Shown in pieces: positions 1-9,531 of a stretch of DNA of 64,000 nucleotides; the first letter of the stretch is position 1, and every line of letters begins with the position of its first letter. The notes beneath the pieces are model-generated. The model had not been told where the DNA came from. It saw only the letters and a list, made by a program, of their open reading frames with translations, and ran no database searches. Origin of the DNA: an uncultured SAR86 cluster bacterium (GTDB taxonomy: Bacteria; Pseudomonadota; Gammaproteobacteria; Magnimaribacterales; AG-339-G14); contig CACOBG010000007.1 in assembly GCA_902625415.1 (NCBI GenBank), forward strand, positions 6,757-70,756. Direction: 5' to 3'. Both the position numbers and the translations under genes were made by a program.

Positions 1-164
1 CAACAAATTCTTATCCACCAACGAAAGAAAGCAACCCAGGAAAGAATAATTCTCTGTCTGAATTTTCTATCAATAAATATACAGGCAGGAAAGGTTAAAG
101 AAATGATGATCAAAGAAATTCCTAAAATCACATAAAAAAGAAAAGACCTTACATACGAAATCAT
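1..164 (-). CDS. plsC: Lysophospholipid (1-acyl-sn-glycerol-3-phosphate) acyltransferase, N-terminal part; runs off the window edge
   Basis: Hand translation MISYVRSFLFYVILGISLIIISLTFPACIFIDRKFRQRIILSWVAFFRWWIRIC...; ATGA overlap with the gmhB stop; gmhB-plsC is the usual order. The catalytic motif lies outside the window. Confidence 0.65.
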   Translation of the reverse strand, partial: MISYVRSFLFYVILGISLIIISLTFPACIFIDRKFRQRIILSWVAFFRWWIRIC

Positions 165-700
165 TGGCAGATAAATTTTGTTGCTGACAATAGATTTTCA
201 AAAACTCGAGCTTGAGAAGTATCATGATTTTTCAGCGTTATCTCTCCATAGCCTGTTTTAACCAATAAAGGTTTGCATTCATGTGCGAGAGCACACTGAA
301 CATCAGAAAATTTATCTCCAACAAAATAACTACCTTTAAGATCAATGCCCAGTGCCTTCTCTGCTCGGAGTAAAAGTCCGGTTTTTGGTTTTCTGCATTC
401 ACAATCATCTTCAGGTCTATGGGGACAAACTTCCACATGAAAAATATCAGATCCGTGTTCTTTAACTTTTTGTTTCATGTGAGAGTTGACTTTATCTATT
501 TGATCTTTAGAAGCCATGCCGAGACTAATACAAGCCTGATTTGTAGCAACTATAATTTTAAAATTATTGTCGGATAATAAAGATAATGCTTCTAGGCTCC
601 CATCCTCGAATTTAAAATTTGCTGGCTTTGTAACATAATCAAATAGATCCACGTTAATAACGCCGTCTCTATCAAGAATAATGTAACTCTGGTTTGACAT
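161..700 (-). CDS. gmhB: D-glycero-D-manno-heptose 1,7-bisphosphate phosphatase (HAD)
   Basis: LDRDGVIN HAD motif I, ATNQ, Zn motif CPH..CECRKP, VGDKFSD. Confidence 0.93.
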   Translation of the reverse strand: MSNQSYIILDRDGVINVDLFDYVTKPANFKFEDGSLEALSLLSDNNFKIIVATNQACISLGMASKDQIDKVNSHMKQKVKEHGSDIFHVEVCPHRPEDDCECRKPKTGLLLRAEKALGIDLKGSYFVGDKFSDVQCALAHECKPLLVKTGYGEITLKNHDTSQARVFENLLSATKFICQ

Positions 701-702
701 TC

Positions 703-2064
703 TTAACCCTTAAATAGCTTTAGAATGCTTTTCTCTATATCGCTTAAGTCGATTACTTCCTGCTCCATAGTATCTCTATCTCTAAAAGTAACTTTGTTCT
801 TTTCTATGGTGTCATAGTCAACTGTTATACAAATTGGGGTGCCAATTTCATCATGTTTGCGATAACTTTTTCCTATATTTCCAGTATTTTCAACCAAAAC
901 TCTTCCAATATTTAGCTTTAAAAGCCTGTTTTTTATTTCTAATGAAGCTCTTACTATTGCATCTACGTTCTTTTTAAGGGGAATTACAGCTACTTTTACA
1001 GGAGATAGGTGCTTTTTCAAAGACAATACTACTCTTTTCGTATCATTTTCAAGGCTTTCTTCTTTATATGCATCATTTAGAATAGCTAAAAATGCCCTTT
1101 CGACTCCAGCACTTGGCTCAATAACATAGGGTACAAGCCATTTATTTGATATTTTATCTTGGAAAGCAAGTTTTGCTTTTGAAGCTTTATTTTCCTTAGT
1201 TTTAGCTTGTATGTTGAATTCCTCTTGAGACTTAGTATGAGAGCCTAAATCAAAATCCGTTCTATTCGCAATGCCCTCCAGCTCTTCTGTTCCATGAGGA
1301 AATTTATACATAATATCAGCCGTTGCCTTGGAGTAATGGGATAATTCCTCTTTGGGGACATTGAAAATCTCTAAATTTTCTTCGTTTAGGCCCTGATCTA
1401 ACCACCATTTCATTCTTTCTTTAATCCAATATTCATGAAATTTCTCATCGTCTTTAGGCTCTACAAAATACTCCATTTCCATTTGCTCAAACTCTCTTTT
1501 TCTGAAGATAAAATTCCTAGCTGTTATTTCATTTCTAAACGCTTTACCAATTTGGGCAATTCCAAAAGGTAGTGTTCTAGAAGTGCTGTCTAAAACATTC
1601 TTAAAATTAATAAAAATATGTTGAGCTGTTTCAGGACGAAGATAGGCAATGGAAGAGCCATCGTCTACAGGCCCGATATTTGTTTTAAACATCAGATTGA
1701 AATCTCTAGGCTCTGTTAAATTTGTTGACCCACAATTTGGACACTTCATTCCATCTAAAGTATCTGCTCGCATTCTGAATTTACAATCTTTGCAATCAAT
1801 TAAAGGATCAGTGAAAGTGTCTTCATGACCTGACTGAGCAAAGATATTTTGGCTGCCCAAAATTGAAGAATCCAAACCCTCTATATCATCTCTTTGGTAA
1901 ATCATAGATTCCCACCAAGCTCTCTTAATGTTGTTGGCAAGTTCAACGCCTAGCGGTCCATAATCATAGACGCCCTGCATTCCTCCATATATCTCTGCGG
2001 TTTGAAAAATAAAACCCCTTCTCTTACAAAGAGAAACAATTTTATCCATTTTATTTTCAGCCAT
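703..2064 (-). CDS. glyQS: Glycine--tRNA ligase, alpha2 homodimeric type
   Basis: [36 protein letters not shown]-terminal anticodon-binding domain; 453 aa single chain. Confidence 0.95.
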   Translation of the reverse strand: MAENKMDKIVSLCKRRGFIFQTAEIYGGMQGVYDYGPLGVELANNIKRAWWESMIYQRDDIEGLDSSILGSQNIFAQSGHEDTFTDPLIDCKDCKFRMRADTLDGMKCPNCGSTNLTEPRDFNLMFKTNIGPVDDGSSIAYLRPETAQHIFINFKNVLDSTSRTLPFGIAQIGKAFRNEITARNFIFRKREFEQMEMEYFVEPKDDEKFHEYWIKERMKWWLDQGLNEENLEIFNVPKEELSHYSKATADIMYKFPHGTEELEGIANRTDFDLGSHTKSQEEFNIQAKTKENKASKAKLAFQDKISNKWLVPYVIEPSAGVERAFLAILNDAYKEESLENDTKRVVLSLKKHLSPVKVAVIPLKKNVDAIVRASLEIKNRLLKLNIGRVLVENTGNIGKSYRKHDEIGTPICITVDYDTIEKNKVTFRDRDTMEQEVIDLSDIEKSILKLFKG

Positions 2065-2093
2065 GCTTGTATCTTATTAGAAGTAAGTACTTA

Positions 2094-3545
2094 CTATTCT
2101 TTCCAAAAGAATGCTGTAAATAATACCAACAAAGTATAAATTTCTAATCTTCCAAGTATCATTACAAAAGCCAAAAGAACCTTCGTAAACGCATCCATTC
2201 CTGCGTAATTATAAGCTACTTCACCAAGTCCTGGACCTAAATTATTTAGACATGCTGCTATTGCAGAAAAAGCAGTTTCTGTATCTATCCCCTGCCCCAT
2301 TAGAATAAAAGATCCAACTAAAAAAGTAAGCAGGTAAACTGTTAAAAATCCCCAAACTGAATCAGCAACTTCACTGTTGATTTTCTTTTTTCCAATTTTT
2401 AAAGGCAAGACAAGATTTGGGTGTATAAGTTTTTTAAGCTCTCTTCTAGCGTGATTCAAAAGCACCAAACCTCTTATCGCTTTAAATCCTCCAGCAGTTG
2501 ATCCCGCACAAGCTCCTATCATGCCAATAAAAATTAGTAGTTGAGGGAGGTAAGTCGGAAATGCAGTATGATCCAGAACGGTAAACCCTGTAGTTGTCGC
2601 AAACGAAGTAACGGTAAATAGGGAAGATACAATTAGATTAAAAGAAATCTCAGAGCTGCTAAACCAGATAGATATTAAGAATACTACAAAAGCAAGAAAA
2701 AGCATTTTCCAATAAAACCCGAATTCAGGATCTTTTACATAGTTGAATAATTTAAAATTTGAAAAAGAAAGATAATGCAGAGAAAAACTTATGCCTGAAA
2801 TGAACATAAAAACAACAGCCAAAATATAAATTGTGTTGTTGTTGAAGAAGGCAAAACTCTCGTTGTGATTAGAAAAACCCCCAATTGCAATCGTTGTAAA
2901 AGAGTGAACTACCGCGTCGAAATATCCCATGCCGGCTATAAAATATGAGATGAAACAAAGGAAGGTAAGAATAAGATATATGTACACCAAAACCATAGCG
3001 GTTTCAGCTATTTTCGGCCTTAACTTGCTTTGATTTATAGGTCCTTGCGTTTCGCCCCTATATAGCTGCATTCCACCAACCCCCAATAGAGGCATCAAGG
3101 CAATGGCTAATACAATAATACCAAGACCACCTATCCATTGGAGCAAGCCTCTATAAAACAGAATAGAGTAATATTCTCCGGATAGGTCAGAAAATATCGT
3201 TGCACCTGTAGTTGTTAAGCCAGAAGTTGCTTCAAAGTAAGCACTTACTATAGATAAATCGCTATTATTACCTAATATTAAGGGTAAAGTTGCGAAAATG
3301 GTAAAGAATAACCAAAGCAGAACGGTTAACAAAAAACCCTCTTTAACTCTTATCCCGTCATATTTTTTTTCAAAATTAACCAAATAAAGAAATGAGCCAA
3401 ATGCAAGGGTAATCATGAAGGAATAGGCAAAAGCTATAATATTATCTTCGTTATAGATAATTGAAACTATAATTGGCGTTAGCTGTAAAAAAGAAAAGGC
3501 GATCAAACCTATTCCCAAAACCCTAGAAATTAATCTAAACTTCAT
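2094..3545 (-). CDS. trkH: Trk potassium uptake membrane protein
   Basis: SGLTTTGAT, TIAIGGFS, TTTGF, GSTAGGFK, NNLGPG pore-loop motifs. Confidence 0.95.
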   Translation of the reverse strand: MKFRLISRVLGIGLIAFSFLQLTPIIVSIIYNEDNIIAFAYSFMITLAFGSFLYLVNFEKKYDGIRVKEGFLLTVLLWLFFTIFATLPLILGNNSDLSIVSAYFEATSGLTTTGATIFSDLSGEYYSILFYRGLLQWIGGLGIIVLAIALMPLLGVGGMQLYRGETQGPINQSKLRPKIAETAMVLVYIYLILTFLCFISYFIAGMGYFDAVVHSFTTIAIGGFSNHNESFAFFNNNTIYILAVVFMFISGISFSLHYLSFSNFKLFNYVKDPEFGFYWKMLFLAFVVFLISIWFSSSEISFNLIVSSLFTVTSFATTTGFTVLDHTAFPTYLPQLLIFIGMIGACAGSTAGGFKAIRGLVLLNHARRELKKLIHPNLVLPLKIGKKKINSEVADSVWGFLTVYLLTFLVGSFILMGQGIDTETAFSAIAACLNNLGPGLGEVAYNYAGMDAFTKVLLAFVMILGRLEIYTLLVLFTAFFWKE

Positions 3546-3576
3546 TTAAATTTCTTAAAAAGCATCTAATGTCTTC

Positions 3577-4941
3577 TTAACTCATTAAACTTGTTTCTAG
3601 CGCCGGGAATAATTTTTTATCAGACAAGAAAATAATTATATGGTCATTTTCATGTATTTTAACGTCATGATGAGCTATTTTCACTTCTTTTCCTCGAATT
3701 ACGGCACTTATTGTACATCCGTTTGGTAGTTTTATATCGTCTATTCCCTGACCAATTATCTTTGGAGTTATTTCAGGGCTTGCTATTAGCTCTAATGCTT
3801 CAGATTTACCTCTTTTAAAGGTATGAGCCCTTTCAATTTTTGCTTTTGTAATATTTTGCAAAACAACACCAATAGTAATTTCATTTGGCACTACAGTAAT
3901 GTCAACTTCTCCTTGATGTATTAGATCTAGAAAAGATTGTTTATTCATCAAAGAGAGTACCTTTTTCGCTCCAAGTTTTTTTGCCAACAATGACGACATT
4001 ACATTTGCCTCGTCACTGTCAGTTACCGAACAAAACATATCAATCGATTCAATACCTTCTTCTATCAGTAAGTCTTCTTCTGTGGCATCACCATTAAGCA
4101 CAAGAGCAGAATCTAAAGTTTCAGATAAGTAATCTCCTCTCTTTTTACTTTTTTCTATAATCTTTACAACGCTAAATTTATCTTCAAGTATTTTTGCGAG
4201 CCTTCTTCCAATCTTTCCACCACCTGCAATCATTATGTTTTTATATTTAGAATCTCTCGGTCTTATCTCTGACATTACTTTTTTAATATTTCCTTTAGCA
4301 GATATAAAGAATACTTCATCACCATCTTTTATATAGTCTTCTCCGCTCGGAATAATAATTTCTTCTTCTCTGTAAATAGCTGCAACTCTAGTATCTGCAT
4401 TAGGGATATGCTCTCTTAATTCGGAAACTTTATGGCCTGTTATGGGAGCGCCTTCTACGGCTTTTACACTAACCATTGAAGCTCTTCCATCACCAAAATC
4501 TAAAACTTGAAGTGCTCCGGGGAGTTGTACCAGTTTTGAAATGTATTCAGTAATGAGAGTTTCTGGCGAAATTAAAACATCTATTGAGTATTCCCCATTT
4601 TCAAAAATCTGACTACCCTTACCTTTAAGATATTCTCTTGCTCGAATCCGAGCCATAGTTTTAGTTTTTTTATTAAGATGTTTAATCATCTGACAAGCAA
4701 CTAAATTGACCTCGTCTCTTTCGGTCATTGCAATAGCAAGTTCTGTATCTTGAATGTTGGCGTCTTCAAGAGTTTGTGGATAGCAACAATTTCCACAAAC
4801 AATTTTTATATCGTGTTGTTCTGATTCTTTTTCGAGTTTTTCTTCGTTAAGATCGACGAGGGTTATGCTGTGACCATCTTCAGATAGAATTTCGGTTAAT
4901 TCTGATCCAACTTGGCCTGCACCTAAAATTAAGATGTTCAA
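3577..4941 (-). CDS. trkA: Trk potassium uptake NAD-binding subunit
   Basis: Two RCK domains (GAGQVG, GGGKIG); adjacent to trkH. Confidence 0.95.
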   Translation of the reverse strand: MNILILGAGQVGSELTEILSEDGHSITLVDLNEEKLEKESEQHDIKIVCGNCCYPQTLEDANIQDTELAIAMTERDEVNLVACQMIKHLNKKTKTMARIRAREYLKGKGSQIFENGEYSIDVLISPETLITEYISKLVQLPGALQVLDFGDGRASMVSVKAVEGAPITGHKVSELREHIPNADTRVAAIYREEEIIIPSGEDYIKDGDEVFFISAKGNIKKVMSEIRPRDSKYKNIMIAGGGKIGRRLAKILEDKFSVVKIIEKSKKRGDYLSETLDSALVLNGDATEEDLLIEEGIESIDMFCSVTDSDEANVMSSLLAKKLGAKKVLSLMNKQSFLDLIHQGEVDITVVPNEITIGVVLQNITKAKIERAHTFKRGKSEALELIASPEITPKIIGQGIDDIKLPNGCTISAVIRGKEVKIAHHDVKIHENDHIIIFLSDKKLFPALETSLMS

Positions 4942-4999
4942 TTATTACTCCAATAAAAATTATACTCTCAGAAGAATAATATTGTGAACTTGATTATCA

Positions 5000-5932
5000 C
5001 TATTTAAAGCTTTCATCGGAGTTAAAAAAATCTTTTGATCCATTGTAGAAACTTCTGTATTCCATTCGTTTTTTATTCTGTCTAGCTAGCTCTTTAATTT
5101 CTACACACTGATCTATTCCAGAAACTAAAAATTCTTTTTTATCAGCCTTTATAACTTTTCCGGGATCCGAAGCGGGCAGGGCATATACTTTTGCACGGTG
5201 AAAAATAATTCTTTCATTTTTATATTCTGAAAAGGCACAAGGATTAGGACAAAGACCGTTAATTTTGCCAACTATTTCTTTCGCTGATTTTGTCCAATCT
5301 ATTCTAGCTTCGTCTTTAGTTACTTTAGGAGCATAAGAAGATTCATTTTCATTTTGTTCTGTAAGTGAAAAATTATTTTCCTCAATAGAATCAATAACAT
5401 GTAGTATATTTCTAGATGAAATATCGCTCATAATTTCCTCTAAATCTTCAGTATTCGTTCCTTCCTCAATAGGAAATTTTATGCTGTTTACAATTGGACC
5501 CGTATCGAGACCGGCATCCATTTTCATAAATGTAATCCCTGTTTCTCGGTCGCAGTTAATTATGCTTCTTTGAATTGGAGCTGCACCTCTGTACTTAGGT
5601 AATAAAGATGTGTGAATGTTAAAGCTTCCATGTTTTGCCACGTTCAAAAGATCTTCACTAATGATGTGTCCAAAAGCAAAGACAAGAAGAAGATCAATAT
5701 TAAGTTTTTCCAAGGTAGGTCTGAACTTTCTATCTTTGATTTCATCGTAAGAAAAAATTTTAATTTTTTTCTCTTCTGCAAAAACTCTGATTGGACTTTT
5801 AACAAATTTTAAACCTCTGCCCGAACGCTTTTCTTCTGCACAAATCACTCCAACCAAATCGTGTTTGGACTCATAGATGGTTTCAAGAGTTTCAAGGGCA
5901 ATCTTAGGCGTAGCAGCAAATAAGATATTCAT
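5000..5932 (-). CDS. fmt: Methionyl-tRNA formyltransferase
   Basis: NIHTSLLPKYRGAAPIQ, MDAGLDTGP; coupled to def. Confidence 0.96.
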   Translation of the reverse strand: MNILFAATPKIALETLETIYESKHDLVGVICAEEKRSGRGLKFVKSPIRVFAEEKKIKIFSYDEIKDRKFRPTLEKLNIDLLLVFAFGHIISEDLLNVAKHGSFNIHTSLLPKYRGAAPIQRSIINCDRETGITFMKMDAGLDTGPIVNSIKFPIEEGTNTEDLEEIMSDISSRNILHVIDSIEENNFSLTEQNENESSYAPKVTKDEARIDWTKSAKEIVGKINGLCPNPCAFSEYKNERIIFHRAKVYALPASDPGKVIKADKKEFLVSGIDQCVEIKELARQNKKRMEYRSFYNGSKDFFNSDESFK

Positions 5933-6429
5933 TATTTCTGTTTGACAATTTTATTTCGGATTCTTCTTCTTTTCAGTTCAGAAATATGATCGACGAATAA
6001 TCGGCCGTTGAGGTGATCAAGTTCATGCTGGACAACTTTCGTTAATAGTCCTTCGGGTTTAATTTCTTGTTTTTTTCCGTTTAGATCTTGATAAGAGAGT
6101 TTAATATCTGATGGTCTTGAAATTTTCTCAAAAAAACCCGGGACACTTAAGCAGCCTTCATCGTAATCTTCAGTTTTAGAAGGATCCAAAATTTGGATTG
6201 CAGGATTGACGATTACTAAAGGTTCATTTTTTTCTGGACTGATGTCGATAACAGCTACTTGTTTAGCAACGCCAATTTGAGTAGCTGCCAATCCAATTCC
6301 ATTCACGGAGTGCATGGTTTCGAACATATCATCCGTTAAAGTTTTCAACTCTTCGTCAAAAGTTTCAACAGGTTTTGCTTTAATACGTAAATCTTGATCA
6401 GGAAATTTTAAAATTTTTCTTATTGCCAC
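5932..6429 (-). CDS. def: Peptide deformylase
   Basis: GIGLAATQ, EGCLS, QHELDH. Confidence 0.97.
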   Translation of the reverse strand: MAIRKILKFPDQDLRIKAKPVETFDEELKTLTDDMFETMHSVNGIGLAATQIGVAKQVAVIDISPEKNEPLVIVNPAIQILDPSKTEDYDEGCLSVPGFFEKISRPSDIKLSYQDLNGKKQEIKPEGLLTKVVQHELDHLNGRLFVDHISELKRRRIRNKIVKQK

Positions 6430-6490
6430 GATTGTTATTCAATTTATTTTTATCATCTGTAAAATAACATTTTAGTTAAGGAGATCAAAA

Positions 6491-6976
6491 ATGAAAGTTT
6501 CAATTGTCATGGGTTCTAAATCAGATTTAGATTTAGCAAAAGCTGCTGGAGAAATTCTCGATACACTCGACGTTCCATACAAAATAAATATTTTAAGTGC
6601 GCACAGAACACCAGAGCTATTGCATGCTCATATAGATGAGGCCATTGCAGATGGAGTGAGAGTTTTTATCGGCATTGCAGGTTTGGCTGCTCACTTGGCA
6701 GGAAATGTTGCTTCCAAAACTACTTTGCCAGTCATCGGTGTGCCTGGAGACGGCGGACCTTTGAATGGTTTTGATGCTCTTCTTTCAACTGTACAGATGC
6801 CAAAAGGTGTACCTGTAGCAACAGTTGCTATAGGTAAGGCAGGAGCTATTAATGCTGGATATCTAGCTGCTCAAATGCTATCCACAGGCAATGATGAACT
6901 CGCTAAAAAGGTAAAAAACCTCAGAGAAGAGCAAAAAGAGGCCTTAAAAAAAGAAAACGAGGAGCTTCAAGGCTAA
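6491..6976 (+). CDS. purE: N5-CAIR mutase / AIR carboxylase catalytic subunit
   Basis: IVMGSKSD, SAHRTP, AAHLAG, STVQMPKGVPVATV. Confidence 0.95.
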   Translation: MKVSIVMGSKSDLDLAKAAGEILDTLDVPYKINILSAHRTPELLHAHIDEAIADGVRVFIGIAGLAAHLAGNVASKTTLPVIGVPGDGGPLNGFDALLSTVQMPKGVPVATVAIGKAGAINAGYLAAQMLSTGNDELAKKVKNLREEQKEALKKENEELQG

Positions 6977-6989
6977 ATTATCAAGGAAA

Positions 6990-7493
6990 ATGATTTACGC
7001 ATACCCAACTGAGGGAGTTTGGGGGTTGGGCTGTCTGCCTGATTCAGAAGAAGATGTAAAAAAAATTTGTTTCCTTAAACAAAGAACCTTGGACAAAGGA
7101 TTAATTTTAGTTTCAGGACATTTTTCCCATTTTGATGCCTACCTATCTCACTTGTCTGAAGATCTGATAAACAAAACAAAAAGTAAATGGCCTGGAGCTC
7201 ATACTTGGTTAGTTCCTGCAAACGATAATGTTCCTCCTTGGATAAAAGGCAACAGCGATTTTGTCGCTTTGAGGCAGAGCGTTCATCCTTCAATTATTGA
7301 GCTCTCTGAAAGGTTAAATAGTGTTATCACATCTACTTCAGCGAACATTTCGTCAGAACCTCCAGCAAAAAATGCTAAAGAAGTTAGGAACTTATTTGGT
7401 GATGAGGTATCTATATTGGAAGGAGAGCTTGGCGGAGCAGAGAAACCTACTCCAATACAAAATTTAATAACTGATGAATGGATAAGAAATTAA
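6990..7493 (+). CDS. tsaC: Threonylcarbamoyl-AMP synthase (YrdC/Sua5 family)
   Basis: AYPTEGVWGLGC, K.R...KGLIL, STSANIS. Confidence 0.92.
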   Translation: MIYAYPTEGVWGLGCLPDSEEDVKKICFLKQRTLDKGLILVSGHFSHFDAYLSHLSEDLINKTKSKWPGAHTWLVPANDNVPPWIKGNSDFVALRQSVHPSIIELSERLNSVITSTSANISSEPPAKNAKEVRNLFGDEVSILEGELGGAEKPTPIQNLITDEWIRN

Positions 7494-8326
7494 AACTCGC
7501 TGTAATTGGCAAGCCGATAACTCACTCAAAGTCTCCTTATATCCATCAAGACTTTGCCAATCAATTTAATGCAAAAATTGAATTCGGAAAAGATGAAGTT
7601 ACACCAGATACCTTAGAAACATGGCTTACTGACTTTTTTAAGAATGGCGGTAAAGGAGTTTCCATAACACTTCCACTTAAAGAAGCAGCTTTAAATTATG
7701 CAGATGAAATTTCTGATCGAGCCAGACTTGCCTCAGCATGCAATGTCGTTTATGCGAAAGATAAAAAATTATTCGGGGATAATACAGATGGTCACGGTTT
7801 GATAACAGACTTAGAAAATAACCTAAAGGTCACTTTGAAAGATAAGAAAATATTGATTTTGGGAGCTGGAGGGGCTGCGCGTGGAATTATTCCCTCCATT
7901 ATCGAAAAAAAACCAGCGAAGCTGAAAGTAGCTAACAGAACTGAAAGCAAAGTTCTATTACTAAAAAAAGACTTAGAAGGAAAAGTTGATCTAAAAGAAA
8001 AAAATACAATATTTGAAGTCGGAGACCTTTCGGATGACTTTTTGTTGGATGATTCCTACGATATTGTTATCAACTCAACTTCAATTTCAACGCAAACTGG
8101 AGAATCCATAGGGCTGCCAAAAGCCTTATTTAATGGGACAAAGCTTGCTTACGATCTCTTTTATGCTGCAGAAAAGACAGCTTTTATGCAGGAGGCCTTA
8201 GCAGGTGGAGCTGAAAAAGTATCGGATGGCTGGGGCATGTTGGTTGAGCAGGGCGCAGAGTCTTTTAAATTATGGACTAATCTTATTCCAGATACTTCTA
8301 GATTGCTGGAAAAGCCTATTGATTAA
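7478..8326 (+). CDS. aroE: Shikimate dehydrogenase
   Basis: HSKSP, NTDG, GAGGAARG, DLFY, GWGMLVEQ. Confidence 0.94.
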   Translation: MDKKLKLAVIGKPITHSKSPYIHQDFANQFNAKIEFGKDEVTPDTLETWLTDFFKNGGKGVSITLPLKEAALNYADEISDRARLASACNVVYAKDKKLFGDNTDGHGLITDLENNLKVTLKDKKILILGAGGAARGIIPSIIEKKPAKLKVANRTESKVLLLKKDLEGKVDLKEKNTIFEVGDLSDDFLLDDSYDIVINSTSISTQTGESIGLPKALFNGTKLAYDLFYAAEKTAFMQEALAGGAEKVSDGWGMLVEQGAESFKLWTNLIPDTSRLLEKPID

Positions 8327-8379
8327 GGGTTATTCATATATAATTCTTGCACGTAACGCCCACAAAAAAACTTTTTGAG

Positions 8380-9513
8380 ATGTATTTGAAAAAACTTATT
8401 CTGTGCCTCATGGCATTGTTCTTAGCGCCTCTGTCTTTTTCGGCCTGGGACGACATCAATATGACCCCTGGTGTTAACGCCATTGCCCAAGAAATCTTTG
8501 GCTTGCACATGACCATTTTTTGGATTTGTGTCGTCATCGGTACATTGGTTTTGGGCTTTATGGTTTTTCTGATCATTAAGTACCGCAAGAAAGAGGGCGT
8601 GGAACCTGCTGACTTTGATGATAATCCAAAACTAGAACTAACTTGGACAATATTGTTCGCTCTGATTCTCGTGGGTATGGCAATTCCTGCGACTTCAACC
8701 ATGATAAAAGCTTACGATGATGAAGAAGGGGACATTAACATCCTGATCACTGGACATCAGTGGAAATGGCAGTATGAATATATGGAAGACGAAGTAAGTT
8801 TTTTCAGTAATTTAACAACATCTTTAGACGCCAGAAACAACATAGCCCCCAAAACAGAAACTTATCTGTTAGAGGTTGATGAGCCTCTCGTAATTCCTGT
8901 GAACAAAAGAGTAAGATTTTTAATTACTGCAAATGATGTTATTCATTCTTGGTGGGTACCAGACTTTGCCGTTAAGCAAGATGCCATTCCTGGTTTTATA
9001 AATACCGCTTGGACATTCGTTGATGAGCCGGGAGTTTATCGCGGACAATGTACCGAATTATGCGGTGTCTATCACGGTTACATGCCAATTGTTGTAAAGG
9101 CAGTTTCAGATTCAGATTATAAAGATTTCATTCAAGGCAAAAGAGATTTGAAAGCTCAACAAGCCTTGCTTACCGAGAAGCTTTGGGAAACAGATGAGCT
9201 TTTTGCAATCGGAGAAGAGGTTTATTTGAAAAATTGTGTCGCCTGTCACCAAGTTAATGGTGCAGGAATTCCACCGGTATTCCCAGCTTTAGCTGGAAGC
9301 GAGATTGTCATGAATGATAAAGGCAGACAAGTAGAAATTTTAATGGAAGGAGTTCAAGGTGCAGCAATGCAATCTTATGCGGAACAACTTTCCGAAGTAG
9401 AGATCGCAGCAGTTATTACCTATACCCGTAAGGCATGGGGCAATGATGCTGGAGGCGACGGCGAAATTGTCGTGCCTAAAGAAATTCTAGATTATAAAAA
9501 CAACAAACTATAA
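8380..9513 (+). CDS. coxB: Cytochrome c oxidase subunit II with fused C-terminal cytochrome c
   Basis: CuA ligands DVIHSW, CTELCGVYHGYM; heme motif CVACH; ATG 8380 preferred over TTG 8347. Confidence 0.96.
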   Translation: MYLKKLILCLMALFLAPLSFSAWDDINMTPGVNAIAQEIFGLHMTIFWICVVIGTLVLGFMVFLIIKYRKKEGVEPADFDDNPKLELTWTILFALILVGMAIPATSTMIKAYDDEEGDINILITGHQWKWQYEYMEDEVSFFSNLTTSLDARNNIAPKTETYLLEVDEPLVIPVNKRVRFLITANDVIHSWWVPDFAVKQDAIPGFINTAWTFVDEPGVYRGQCTELCGVYHGYMPIVVKAVSDSDYKDFIQGKRDLKAQQALLTEKLWETDELFAIGEEVYLKNCVACHQVNGAGIPPVFPALAGSEIVMNDKGRQVEILMEGVQGAAMQSYAEQLSEVEIAAVITYTRKAWGNDAGGDGEIVVPKEILDYKNNKL

Positions 9514-9531
9514 GAGAAGGAGCTGTAAAAC

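Noticed and set aside
8334-8702. Antisense and alternate-frame ORFs in the track (e.g. 8334-8702, 9822-10304, 19196-19510, 32512-33003, 47812-48144, 53735-54073, 57539-57868)
   Set aside because: They lie wholly within well-supported genes, lack SDs and family motifs, and read as shadow frames.
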